This document shows positions 22,088-31,855 of a stretch of DNA of 64,000 nucleotides, one piece after another. The DNA lies in contig CAVPIW010000006.1 of NCBI GenBank assembly GCA_963705105.1, positions 352,001-416,000 of the forward strand, in the 5' to 3' direction. This DNA comes from an uncultured Nitrospiraceae bacterium. Its GTDB lineage: Bacteria; Nitrospirota; Thermodesulfovibrionia; Thermodesulfovibrionales; Dissulfurispiraceae. Numbering within the stretch: position 1 is the first letter of the stretch; every line of letters begins with the position of its first letter. The translations under genes were made by a program, and so were the position numbers. The notes under the pieces are model-generated. The model did no database searches. It was given only the letters and a program-made list of their open reading frames with translations, and was not told the DNA's origin.

Positions 22088-23302
22088 ATGGCATCGATCA
22101 AGAGAATCGGAATCATCACGAGCGGCGGTGATTGCGGTGGTCTCAACGCCGTCATCAAGGGCGTTTCCCGTGAAGCCTACTCGCTGGGCATCGAGACGGT
22201 CGTCATCCCGAACGGGTATGCCGGCCTTTACAATCTTCTGGACCTCGACGAGGTTGTTTTCCTGAATGCGGAGAGGGTGAGCCGCATCGAGGCGTCCCTT
22301 GCCGGATCCGAGGCGGGCCATTCACGGGTGAAAATCAGCAGGATCAAGGATCCCCAGAAGTACGAGAAGATCAAAAAGGGCCTCAGGAAGTTCGGCATCG
22401 AGGCTCTGATCATCAGCGGCGGCGATGATACGGGAAGCGTCGTCGTTGACCTCTCGGGGCAGGGGATCCCCTGTATCCATGTCCCCAAGACCATGGACCT
22501 CGACCTGCAGTCCTACAGCGTCGGCGGCGATTCCGCAGTCAACAGGATAGCCGTCTTCACGAGGGACCTCAAAACGACGGGACTGAGCCATAACAGGATC
22601 ATCGTCATCGAGATCTTCGGCAGATATTCAGGCCACACGGCGCTCCGGGGAGGAGTGGGGGCCGAGGCTGACTGCATCCTGATCCCCGAGATTCCCGTCG
22701 ATTTTGAAATCGTCTATAATCATCTGAAGACGACCTACTTCGGCAGGGTCCTGAGGAGTGACGTCAAATCCGGCACATATATGATCGTCGTCGCCGAGGG
22801 GATCAGGAATGCCAGCGGTGAGATGCTCTACGACGAGTCGGCCGGCGTCGATGCCTTCGGCCACAAAAAGCTCACCGGCGCGGGGAAATATGTCCGGCAA
22901 CAGCTCGAAAAGCGCCTCAGGAAAGACCCCGGCGTGAAGGATTTCATGAAGGAAACGGGTATGTTCGCCCCCGGTGTCTACGAGGCACCGGAGGTGAGGG
23001 AGGTCGTGCCGGGCCATCTCGTGCGGTGCGGTGACTCGTCGGCCTTTGACGTCAACTTCGGCTATAAGGCGGGGGCGGCTGCTGTCCTCCTTCTTCTGGA
23101 CGGCATAACGGGCAACACCGTGGTGGACGTTGACGGGCAGGTGATCCATTATCAGTCAACGGCGGACCTCATTAAGCGGCGCGAAGTCGATATCAGCGAG
23201 ATCGCCCTGTTCGAGAGTCTCGGGACCTGTTTCGGCAGAAAGCCCGAAAAATATGTCTATCATTTTGAGGAGTTGAAGGGGCACGTCCCGAGGCATCTCT
23301 AA
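22088..23302 (+). CDS. pfkA: 6-phosphofructokinase, probably PPi-dependent
   Basis: TSGGD; GGDDT and PKT.D residues typical of PPi-type enzymes. Confidence 0.85.
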   Translation: MASIKRIGIITSGGDCGGLNAVIKGVSREAYSLGIETVVIPNGYAGLYNLLDLDEVVFLNAERVSRIEASLAGSEAGHSRVKISRIKDPQKYEKIKKGLRKFGIEALIISGGDDTGSVVVDLSGQGIPCIHVPKTMDLDLQSYSVGGDSAVNRIAVFTRDLKTTGLSHNRIIVIEIFGRYSGHTALRGGVGAEADCILIPEIPVDFEIVYNHLKTTYFGRVLRSDVKSGTYMIVVAEGIRNASGEMLYDESAGVDAFGHKKLTGAGKYVRQQLEKRLRKDPGVKDFMKETGMFAPGVYEAPEVREVVPGHLVRCGDSSAFDVNFGYKAGAAAVLLLLDGITGNTVVDVDGQVIHYQSTADLIKRREVDISEIALFESLGTCFGRKPEKYVYHFEELKGHVPRHL

Positions 23303-23378
23303 GCCCCGGAACGCAGAGACGGACTGGAGGGAGCGCTGTCGTCGTTCCCTCTTGCTGCGACGTAATCTTAGAGGCGAG

Positions 23379-24113
23379 TCATATGATATGCCTGCCGCTT
23401 TCCACGGCCACGCAACTACCGTGGACCTCGGTCCGGCAGAGTTCGTTCCAGCGGTGAGTCTCGTCTGCACGGATCGGCCGTCTTGTCAGGAGCATATTCG
23501 TCAGACTTGCGACAAAGGTGCAGGGATCGGGCGGACAACCCGGTACATGGACGACAGGCTTTTCGGGCGGACATTCCGCATGATCGCCGACGCCCTGCGC
23601 ACAGCAGAGGCTTGCAATATGCGATCCTTTGCGGCTGCAGTCGCCGAGGAGGATTGTCCCGATCGAACGGGAACAGACCTCTTCGATGGTCTGAAGTGCC
23701 GCGTTTCCCGCCATTGTATTCCGCACGGCCGAATGATTGGACGGCAACGATCCCTCGATGACACAGATATACTCACTCGTTCCGATGCGCGATCTTATCT
23801 TCCCGATCTCCCTGAGCTGCCTCGACGGCGACAGGACGATCGAATCGAGTTCGACCGCTATGGTGTTGAGAAGAATCGCATCGATCCAGGGATTGGAATC
23901 GTTGAGAAACGCTTCGGTGCAGCCGATGCAGGGAGCGTAATGAAACCATACGAGCTTGGGCATTTTCTCATTGGTGAGCACATCAGCAACGTCGGCGAGG
24001 GAGGACTCGCCAAGGCCGAGAATCGATGCGACGTGGCCGCAGAATTTATAGAAATCGCGTCTGCCGAGGCTGAGGAGATCGAGACGGTGTGTAAGACCTT
24101 TTTCGCGCGACAT
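23379..24113 (-). CDS. Orphan, C-terminally truncated NiFe-hydrogenase small-subunit homolog (possibly pseudogene)
   Basis: Tat-like RRDFYK, W....CIGC.E, EG, GDC, PGCPP; stops after H..C; no large subunit nearby. Confidence 0.7.
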   Translation of the reverse strand: MSREKGLTHRLDLLSLGRRDFYKFCGHVASILGLGESSLADVADVLTNEKMPKLVWFHYAPCIGCTEAFLNDSNPWIDAILLNTIAVELDSIVLSPSRQLREIGKIRSRIGTSEYICVIEGSLPSNHSAVRNTMAGNAALQTIEEVCSRSIGTILLGDCSRKGSHIASLCCAQGVGDHAECPPEKPVVHVPGCPPDPCTFVASLTNMLLTRRPIRADETHRWNELCRTEVHGSCVAVESGRHII

Positions 24114-24213
24114 GGCATCCTCCTGAAAGGTTGCAGATCTGATTTTCATTACCTTTGCTCCTGCCGGGCAGCATACCAGCATCGTTTTTCCAAGCTCTCT
24201 CTTGCGTAACGTT

Positions 24214-24252
24214 CATGCGGGGAGGGGAGGTCTCACGGCCCCTCCCCGCATG
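24214..24252. terminator. Strong GC hairpin (possible terminator or stabiliser)
   Basis: CATGCGGGGAGGGG / CCCCTCCCCGCATG inverted repeat; no U-tract. Confidence 0.4.
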
Positions 24253-24942
24253 GGAGGAGAGAGTGTCAAGCTTCACATGCTTCGTTATCGTCAGTCTGCA
24301 AATAATCTTTAGCAAAAGTGATACCACAGGAGTCGTCAGATCCCGGCCGCAAGGCCTCTCGTCATCTTCGCCCTGCCTTTTCCGGAGGTTTTTTTGCATC
24401 GCTCAGGGTAAATCATAATTTTCTATAATGACGTTTCATGCAAGTTCAAGGTTTATTGCGAAGAAAGCGGGCAATGTCATCGTTTCACACAAAAGGACCA
24501 TTTCAGGATATGCTCCTCAAAATGTCCACTGCCGGGGCAGAAGGAACAATACTGTATGACACATGTGTCAACGGGGCAATTGTCGATGACACATCATTGT
24601 CAAAATTGCCGAAGACGTGCAAACTGCGAGCATAATAGCATAGATAATTGCATGTATTGTCATACAGGGAGTGTATGGAAATACATTCTCATGCCATTCA
24701 GGGATAGAATGAGAAAAATTCGACGTCATTCCCCCCTTAGAAAGAGGATTTTGCCGTCCTCATTGGATTATTGGTCGGTGCCTTTGCGAGATCCGCTCGC
24801 GCCGCGAGCCATGGAAGCTCAGAAGCAAGAAGCAAAACTTTTCGGCATCCTTCTTTCTCATGGTATATGCAACGTTGCGAAATAGTTTGTATAATGAACA
24901 TAGGGCGATTGAAATTATATGGAGCATTTTAAGGGAGGTAAC

Positions 24943-25407
24943 ATGAAGACTGTAACGGTTGAATGGTTCTATCTGAACAAGGACGGCAAGACCTGTAGCC
25001 GCTGCGCGGCGAGCGCCGACGTCGTCAGAAAAGTCGTAAAGAAGATGACGACACCCCTGAAAAACTCGAATGTCGAGCTCAATCTGAGAGAAATCCCCCT
25101 TCCCGAGGACAAGATCGCCGACACGAACGCCGTAAAGATCAACGGCACCGATGTCATGGATATCCTCGGTGAGAAGATCCCGTCCCTGACGGACTGCCCC
25201 TCCTGTTCTGAACTCATCGGAAAGAAGGCGAGCTGCAGGACTTTCCTCTACAAGGGACAGCAGTATGACGTGCTGCCTGAACTCATGCTGGAAGAGGCCA
25301 TCCTCGCCGAGCTCGCCTCTCCGTCGGCGAAGGCGAAGGCAGAGGCGGTCTCGCAGGTCATCTGCAGCTGCCAGGAGGAGTGCTCGGGAACACATCCCGT
25401 CCAATAG
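24943..25407 (+). CDS. DUF2703-like Cys-rich small protein
   Basis: EW.....KTC.RC, C.SC, CR.F.Y.G..Y; SD GGAGG. Confidence 0.7.
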   Translation: MKTVTVEWFYLNKDGKTCSRCAASADVVRKVVKKMTTPLKNSNVELNLREIPLPEDKIADTNAVKINGTDVMDILGEKIPSLTDCPSCSELIGKKASCRTFLYKGQQYDVLPELMLEEAILAELASPSAKAKAEAVSQVICSCQEECSGTHPVQ

Positions 25408-25486
25408 CACTGTCTGCGGGAGCGGATGCAGGAGGGAGGCGGGCATGGCCCGTCCTTTCTTCCGTCCTGCTCCGGCGATCACTTTA

Positions 25487-25691
25487 TCTTATCGATGCAT
25501 ACCCTCTCCGGAAAGGCGGGGTTGGGGTGAATGCGCAGAAAACCTTGATGCGGCGACACCTTAATCGTCCGAAAGACGAAGTTTCAACGCGATGGTCGAA
25601 AAAGTGAGTTTTTTTACTGACACTGACACTCACACTGACACTGTTTTTCAGAGCGTTTCGCCCCGCCGTTCAATGCAACTATAGGGTAAAC
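25487..25691 (+). repeat. Repeat family 1, copy 4 (subtype B)
   Basis: Conserved arms plus ACTGACACTGACACTCACACTGACACTG. Confidence 0.93.
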
Positions 25692-25741
25692 ATCGATCTT
25701 CCAGGACTCAAGGATGACCGACTTGAAATGAGATGCGCTCA

Positions 25742-26365
25742 TCATGGTTCGCTCAGAGATGCATTCAGTATGTATGAAGCGCCCCTGTAAAAATCATCCC
25801 CGGCCGAACCGATCACCTTTTCGACAAAAAGGGGAACCCACAGAACCATGTGTTTCCTTATGAAATCGCCCCTGATCTCAAAGAGCCGGGATGCCTCCTC
25901 CTGCTGTCCCTCTTCGAAAAGCCGTATCGTCCTCCCCGTAAGATCGCAGACGAATTCAAGCTCTATCCCGATATGGTCGTCAGGAATACTGTATAAGTTC
26001 CTGACCGCCATCCCTGCTTCGAGATACCTTTTTCGCACAGTTACAGTCTCATCCGTCATGAGTGTGCGGGATTCGGAAAGATAGAACGATGAGTAAGGCA
26101 CTGCCGGGGGATTTTTCGGTCCGACAAACAATCGCGCAAATTCAACGGCAAGCTCCTCCGTCCACGCAATCAGCCGCTCTTTGTTTCTGCGTGCGGAATC
26201 GATCATCAATTTCAGGCCGCGGGATATCTCGTCGTCGGCTTCCGGGGGCAGTTCCACTTCGGTGAGGCCTTCGATAATCTCCCGCGACGGTTCCTGTAAA
26301 AAAACCTGCCTTAAAAGATTAAACAAGATGAATTCTTCCTTCAGTTCGTCTATCATGACCGCCAT
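25742..26365 (-). CDS. TorD/DmsD-family molybdoenzyme chaperone
   Basis: F.RLF.GP, PY.S.Y, PDDHIGIELEF, H...W. Confidence 0.9.
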   Translation of the reverse strand: MAVMIDELKEEFILFNLLRQVFLQEPSREIIEGLTEVELPPEADDEISRGLKLMIDSARRNKERLIAWTEELAVEFARLFVGPKNPPAVPYSSFYLSESRTLMTDETVTVRKRYLEAGMAVRNLYSIPDDHIGIELEFVCDLTGRTIRLFEEGQQEEASRLFEIRGDFIRKHMVLWVPLFVEKVIGSAGDDFYRGASYILNASLSEP

Positions 26366-26431
26366 TCCATGAGGCTGAGGGCCAGGGCCTCTGTGTGCCC
26401 CGACCCTCTCTTCATTGCGGGAGCGACTGAT

Positions 26432-29299
26432 CTAAGCCTTCCTGACCTTGACGATCATGTCCGCATAGGCGCTTTGTCCCATAATCGGACTGAGAGCATC
26501 AGGGTCCATCAGGTTGTTGCAGTCAGGCGTATAGTCTCTTGACTTGTATGCCGTGCCGAGGCCGGGACTGAACCTGCCGCCTGAACCGAAGGCTATTTTT
26601 ATGACACCCGGCCTCATGCCGCCTGAGGCGAAGATCTTCCCTTTTGTCGACCTGCCGAGAGGGTTTTCCACGATGACCAGGTCGCCGCTCATTAAACCCA
26701 GCTTTTTCGCATCGTCCGAGTTCATCCATATGGTGCCTACGGAAAAGGTGTTGGCCTTGAATTTCCTCGTGACGGTTTTCATCGGGTCCGCGACGGCAGG
26801 CATTGCCTCCGGCACCTCCGCCTCGAACGCGTTGTTCATCGGCATCCATAGTCCTTCGGCCTTCACTTCGCCGAGCCAGGGAATCATCTGCGTGCCCGTC
26901 ATGGAATGGTGAATTCTACCGGTGATAAGCTGAAAAGGATAATCTTTTGCATACTTCTTGAATTCGGGATTCGTGTAAGGATTCCAAAGGGTCTCGAACC
27001 AATAGAAGGTCTCCGGGAACTTGCCGAACCCGATCCTTTTCAGGCCGTACGGCACTTCGCCGCCGGCTTTTTCGATAAGCTCGTTGTATTTCGCATATCT
27101 GCCCCTGCGCTTGTCGCCGTCCGTATAGTCCCACTTGAACTCAATGAGTTTTGAGTCCGTCGGCGGCCAAATCTTATGCGGCTCGTCCGCATTCTGTTTT
27201 TTGTACCTCCGCCAGCTCATGGGCCATACGGCAACGCCGTGATTCTTCCTCAACCAGGCGGGAGTGACCTGCTCTCCGACGACCTCCTTTTTCTCATGAT
27301 CGATTTTCACGTTACCTTTTTCAAGGGACTCGGGAGTTCCCCTGAGTGTGTATCCCTCGGGATACTGCGGGTACGGCAGAGGAGTCCCGATGTTCGGCTT
27401 GCCCGGTGTCCCCAGGATCAGGTCGGTGGCAAAAGTGTCCTCGTCCTTGTATCTCTCCCAGAAGTCACCCGGTTTTATATCCCTGTCGCCGAGTTCGTGG
27501 AGCTTCTTTGCGAGGAGATTCATGATCTCCGTCGGGTTCTTCGATTCATGAAGCGGCTTGATGACGGCATCCCTGAGATAGCCGAGCGGCATGGGCGGAT
27601 AAATATCGGACCAGCTCACCCTTTCGGCATAACTCGCCTCGGGAAGGATTACATCGGCATAAAGAGCGCTTTCGAGATTGAGCGTATCCACGAAGACCAT
27701 GAGGTCGAGCGTGTAGTTGCCCGCCGCATCTTTTGCGGTCAGGGCCTCCCTCCATTTCCATGTGGCGGAGCCGCTGACCACGGTGTTTCCCGTCCTCAGG
27801 ATGTAAGCCTTTATCGGATATTTGTGGCCCCTGAATGCCCCGTACCGTATCTGCACCTCTTTTCCCGCAAAAAACTCGGGGTAATCGCCGACCACATCGT
27901 CCCACGCCGCGGGATACTTGCTGCCGAAGTGGTCTTTGTTCAGTTCGGACTGCTTGCCTTCGACCTCTTTGCCGTCTATAGCGCGTTTTACTTTCCTGTC
28001 GACGAACTTCTTATCTTGAACAAAAGAAAATTCTCTTCCCTTGCCGCCCTTGCCCCATTTCATGATCTCGCAGTCGATCACGCCGCCGGGGGCGTCGAAA
28101 TTCCCGGTGACCACATTCAACGCAACACCCAGTATGGAACCGACATACCCGTTGAAGTGGTGTCCGGGTGACTGCATGCCCCACACAAGGGCCGCCGGCT
28201 TGGTAATGCCGAAAGTGTGTGCGAGTTCGGCGATATCGTTTTTCGAAAGGCCGGCCCTCTCTGAAGCCCAATCGAGGTTGAAGTAGTTCAAGCCGTTGAC
28301 AGGGTCTTTCTTCTGCCACCATGATCTGAAGGCCCCCTCGAATTCATCCCATCCCTTCGAATATTTCTTGAAGCTCCAGTCGATGTATTTCTTGTTCGCA
28401 TCTGCCTGATTGTCGTTTTCGAGGATATAACGAAGCATTGCCGCGAAAATGTCGTTGTCAGTTCCCGGCCGGGGCGCGATCCACTTGTCCGCAAGGGCGG
28501 CGGTGTTGGAATAGCTCGGGTCTATGACGTAGTACCTGCATCCGTTCTCGACCCTCGCGCCAACCGTTCCCCTGTTCTCGTACATGATACGCGTCGCCAC
28601 AAAGGGGTTCCAGCCGCAGTAGACGATAAGCTTTGTTTTATAGGACATGTCCTTTTTCAGGCTGCCGTCGGGTTGCCTCACGTAAACCGGTCGCATCAGA
28701 TCAGGCTCCCAACGTTTGCCGCCGACGATGAGTTTCGGCCCGTGCCTTCTCGGAGTGTCGCATATGGAACCGTGTTCCACGACATTGGGCGTTCCGAAAG
28801 CGAAGAAAAGCCTCCAGTACTGGTCTCTGTCCGTCACATCTCCGGTATCCATGATGACCGATTCCGGTCCATACTTCTTTTTTATCTCCGCCAGCTTCTT
28901 TCCGATATAGTCTACAGCCTCATCCCAGGTTACCCTTTTGAATTTGCCCTCTCCCCGGGCGCCGACCCTGATCATCGGGTACTTCAGCCTGTCGGGGGAA
29001 TAGATGAGTTGCTGTCCCGAAGCGCCTTTTGCGCAGACAATGCCGTCGTTGAAAGGGACATGCGGATTGCCGTAAATTTTATGTATCTTGCCGTCCCTGA
29101 CCCAGAACTCAAGGCCGCACTCACTGGGGCACATGCAGTCGGCGCTGTATTTGACTTCGTATTTTCCCATCTCCTTTTGCATTGCTTCGGCCTCTGACGG
29201 GGAAAGATGTTTCAGGGACAGGAGGCCGGTCTTGTTCAGCGCTGTGATGCCTGCCAACGCTCCGCTGTATTTCAGGAATACCCGTCTCGATACCTGCAT
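26432..29299 (-). CDS. Tat-exported Mo/W-bisPGD oxidoreductase catalytic subunit (Psr/Arr/Anr-like)
   Basis: SRRVFLK, DCMCPSEC..CAKG FS0 motif, RLKYP, HGSIC (Cys ligand), ADVILP, C-terminal molydop-binding domain. Confidence 0.88.
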   Translation of the reverse strand: MQVSRRVFLKYSGALAGITALNKTGLLSLKHLSPSEAEAMQKEMGKYEVKYSADCMCPSECGLEFWVRDGKIHKIYGNPHVPFNDGIVCAKGASGQQLIYSPDRLKYPMIRVGARGEGKFKRVTWDEAVDYIGKKLAEIKKKYGPESVIMDTGDVTDRDQYWRLFFAFGTPNVVEHGSICDTPRRHGPKLIVGGKRWEPDLMRPVYVRQPDGSLKKDMSYKTKLIVYCGWNPFVATRIMYENRGTVGARVENGCRYYVIDPSYSNTAALADKWIAPRPGTDNDIFAAMLRYILENDNQADANKKYIDWSFKKYSKGWDEFEGAFRSWWQKKDPVNGLNYFNLDWASERAGLSKNDIAELAHTFGITKPAALVWGMQSPGHHFNGYVGSILGVALNVVTGNFDAPGGVIDCEIMKWGKGGKGREFSFVQDKKFVDRKVKRAIDGKEVEGKQSELNKDHFGSKYPAAWDDVVGDYPEFFAGKEVQIRYGAFRGHKYPIKAYILRTGNTVVSGSATWKWREALTAKDAAGNYTLDLMVFVDTLNLESALYADVILPEASYAERVSWSDIYPPMPLGYLRDAVIKPLHESKNPTEIMNLLAKKLHELGDRDIKPGDFWERYKDEDTFATDLILGTPGKPNIGTPLPYPQYPEGYTLRGTPESLEKGNVKIDHEKKEVVGEQVTPAWLRKNHGVAVWPMSWRRYKKQNADEPHKIWPPTDSKLIEFKWDYTDGDKRRGRYAKYNELIEKAGGEVPYGLKRIGFGKFPETFYWFETLWNPYTNPEFKKYAKDYPFQLITGRIHHSMTGTQMIPWLGEVKAEGLWMPMNNAFEAEVPEAMPAVADPMKTVTRKFKANTFSVGTIWMNSDDAKKLGLMSGDLVIVENPLGRSTKGKIFASGGMRPGVIKIAFGSGGRFSPGLGTAYKSRDYTPDCNNLMDPDALSPIMGQSAYADMIVKVRKA

Positions 29300-29301
29300 C
29301 G

Positions 29302-29976
29302 TTACACCTCCTCCGTATTGATAGTGCCGTCCGCCGCCTGAAAAACCTCTTTGTCGGGCGCAATAAACGTCGTCAACGGCTTTGTGCCGTATTCAGGATG
29401 CCAGTCCGTCGTTTTTTGGGATGCCTTGAGCTTCGAAACCGCGCTGCCGGGATCGTTCAAATCTCCGAAAGTCCGTGCCCGTCCCATGCAATTGCGGACG
29501 CATGCGGGTTCCTCGATGCCCGCCGCAATCCGGTGGCTGCAATAGTCGCATTTGTCGACCACTCTCAAATCGCCGGCCTTCTTACCCTTCACCTCCGTGA
29601 CGGTTTTCGCGTAAGGCTCCGGATCGTTTCTTACGGGGATGTGCGGATGCATGAACCGGGCGCCGTAAGGACAAGCGCCGACGCACCTTCCGCAGCCGAT
29701 GCACAGATCCCTGTTCACCATGACGACGCTGTCATCCCTCCTGTATGTGGCACCTTTTACAGGACAGGGGACGATACACGGGGGCTCTTCGCACTGATTG
29801 CAGATTTTCGGGAAAAAATGCCTCTTCGGTTTCGGATAATCGCCCACATCGGCAATGTCCACTTTTGACCTGAACCGACCTAAGGGTACAGAGTTTTCCA
29901 TTTTGCAGCTTACCTGGCAGGAAGTGCAGCCGACACACTTCCTCAGGTCCACAAGCAATGCATACTTCTTTGGCAT
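29302..29976 (-). CDS. Four-cluster 4Fe-4S electron-transfer subunit (DmsB/PsrB type)
   Basis: CVGCTSCQVSC, CNQCEEPPC..PCP, CIGCGRCVGACP, KCDYC. Confidence 0.93.
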   Translation of the reverse strand: MPKKYALLVDLRKCVGCTSCQVSCKMENSVPLGRFRSKVDIADVGDYPKPKRHFFPKICNQCEEPPCIVPCPVKGATYRRDDSVVMVNRDLCIGCGRCVGACPYGARFMHPHIPVRNDPEPYAKTVTEVKGKKAGDLRVVDKCDYCSHRIAAGIEEPACVRNCMGRARTFGDLNDPGSAVSKLKASQKTTDWHPEYGTKPLTTFIAPDKEVFQAADGTINTEEV

Positions 29977-30125
29977 AATGTCCCTCCTCTCTTGGGGCTG
30001 AATCGGCGGTGAAGCAATAAAGGTGTAAAATTGTTATACCATTAAAAAACTACTCGAAACAATGATTTTTTCTGCCAGCCGGTGCTCAGGTATTAGCAGA
30101 TGAGCAGAAAATGAACAGGTATCCG

Positions 30126-30917
30126 TCAGGCTGGAATTCTCCTGACTTCCTTTGTGTTATTGAGCGTTTCGGCGAGCACCCGCTCCTCCGTGCTCAGATC
30201 TCCTCTCTGAAACTCCACCCGGAAGGTTTGAGTTATGCACTTTCTTATGGCCGCCTTGAGTTCCGCGGCTTGAACCTCGCGGCCCAGTATTTCGCCCAGT
30301 GACGTGGTCCGAGAGTCGAGATCAGCGAGCAATTCTTCACGGGATGTGATCCCTCGCGCGAGAATCGCCGCCCAGGTCTCGTTCTGCGGCGCCAGGACAA
30401 TCGAGCCGTGCTGCAGCAGGGAGGTCCCCAGCCACGTCTGAGCGCTGCCGACGAATTTCTTCCCCTGGTAGACGATATCACCAACAGCGGAGCGCAAGAA
30501 ACAGACGTCGGCTTGCGGGGACCGGGCGTCTTCGCGACCGAGTTCCGCAGTGACGCCCAGTGAGTGAAAAGCGTCCAGGAGCCCTCCGCAAATAAGCCGG
30601 TAGGCGGCGGTAAGCGAAACCGGAATGCCTTGTCGTGCGCCGGCAATCACGCTGTAGGTGATCTCATGCTGGTGCAGAACCGCCCTCCCTCCCGTAATGC
30701 GCCGGACGATATCAATTCCGGCACTCCGACAAGCAGCCAGATCAAGGGAGTGCTTTTTCTGAAAATAACCGAGGGTGACGGCAGCCGGTCTCCACTGGCT
30801 GAAGCGCAGCGTCGGCGGCGACTCACCCCGCGCATGCAGCCGCAGGAGGGCCTCGTCGACGGCCATGTTGAGCGAGCCCGGCAAGGCTCCGGAGTCCAGC
30901 AGCCGCCACGTACTCAC
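30126..30917 (-). CDS. Lipoate-protein ligase / octanoyltransferase (LplA/LipM family)
   Basis: NMAVDE, RRITGGRAVLH, KFVGSAQ, QHGS. Confidence 0.9.
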   Translation of the reverse strand: MSTWRLLDSGALPGSLNMAVDEALLRLHARGESPPTLRFSQWRPAAVTLGYFQKKHSLDLAACRSAGIDIVRRITGGRAVLHQHEITYSVIAGARQGIPVSLTAAYRLICGGLLDAFHSLGVTAELGREDARSPQADVCFLRSAVGDIVYQGKKFVGSAQTWLGTSLLQHGSIVLAPQNETWAAILARGITSREELLADLDSRTTSLGEILGREVQAAELKAAIRKCITQTFRVEFQRGDLSTEERVLAETLNNTKEVRRIPA

Positions 30918-31840
30918 GGCATCTCCTCAAAAAAACCCTTTGCCTTGTAGGAACTTCGCACCAGAGGACCTGCAGCAACGCTTCTGAATCCCAGCGCACG
31001 AGCCTCTTCACTCCACCGCTGAAACTCCTCTGCGGTGACGTAGCGCCGGACCGGAGCGTGAGCCAGGGAAGGCGCCAGGTACTGGCCGAGGGTCACCATG
31101 TTACAGCCTGCCCCTGCAAGATCCCGCAAAACTGCCTCAATCTCCTCTTCCGTCTCTCCCAGTCCGAGCATCAGGCCCGATTTGACGACAATGTGCGGCG
31201 CCCTTTCCTTCGCCTGCCTGAGCAAAGAGAGCGACCGGGCATAATCGGCCCCCTGTCTCACCTCCCGGTAGAGCCTGGGGACCGTCTCAAGGTTGTGAGC
31301 CAGAATCTCCGGAGAAGCCGACAGCACCGTCGTCAGGGCCTCCTGCGCCCCCGCGAAATCAGGCACGAGCAGCTCGGCTTTCACCTTTGGGCACAGCAGC
31401 CGCAGGGCATGCACCACCTGCGCGTAATGGCCGCTGCCGCCGTCGGGGAGATCGTCCCGGGTAACCGACGTCACGACCACGTGGGCGAGGTGGAGCTCCG
31501 ACACCGCATGTGCCAGACGCAGAGGCTCATCACTATCGGGAGGTCCGCAGGGGCGGCCGTGGGCAACGGCGCAGAAGGCGCACCTCCGGGTGCAGACATC
31601 CCCGAGGATCAGAAAAGTCGCCGTATGGTGCGAATAGCATTCTCCCCGGTTGGGACATCGGGCGCCGTCGCACACCGTTTTCAGGCGCAGGTGCGCCAGC
31701 AGCGAGCTTGTCTTTTCGATTGTATCGTTGCCGGCGCCCCTCTTGGCCCGGCGAATCTCCGTCATCAGTTTTTCAGGGACCGGTGCGCTTTTCATCAGAG
31801 ACTCCGGAATACGCCGTTTTCTCTTTTTTTCCGGCGACAA
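30914..31840 (-). CDS. lipA: Lipoyl synthase
   Basis: C-x4-C-x5-C plus radical SAM CTRRCAFC, HNLETV, RSSY. Confidence 0.95.
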   Translation of the reverse strand: MSPEKKRKRRIPESLMKSAPVPEKLMTEIRRAKRGAGNDTIEKTSSLLAHLRLKTVCDGARCPNRGECYSHHTATFLILGDVCTRRCAFCAVAHGRPCGPPDSDEPLRLAHAVSELHLAHVVVTSVTRDDLPDGGSGHYAQVVHALRLLCPKVKAELLVPDFAGAQEALTTVLSASPEILAHNLETVPRLYREVRQGADYARSLSLLRQAKERAPHIVVKSGLMLGLGETEEEIEAVLRDLAGAGCNMVTLGQYLAPSLAHAPVRRYVTAEEFQRWSEEARALGFRSVAAGPLVRSSYKAKGFFEEMP

Positions 31841-31855
31841 GTGTGTTTCGTCTTC

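Noticed and set aside
24160..24920. Riboswitch or ncRNA in long intergenic regions (also 61690-62350)
   Set aside because: Only isolated hairpins and short TGACA repeats; I could not match a complete riboswitch or tRNA consensus by eye. An Rfam scan would be decisive.
26432..29299. Naming the enzyme arrA or psrA
   Set aside because: Active-site segment and gene order differ; phylogeny is needed.
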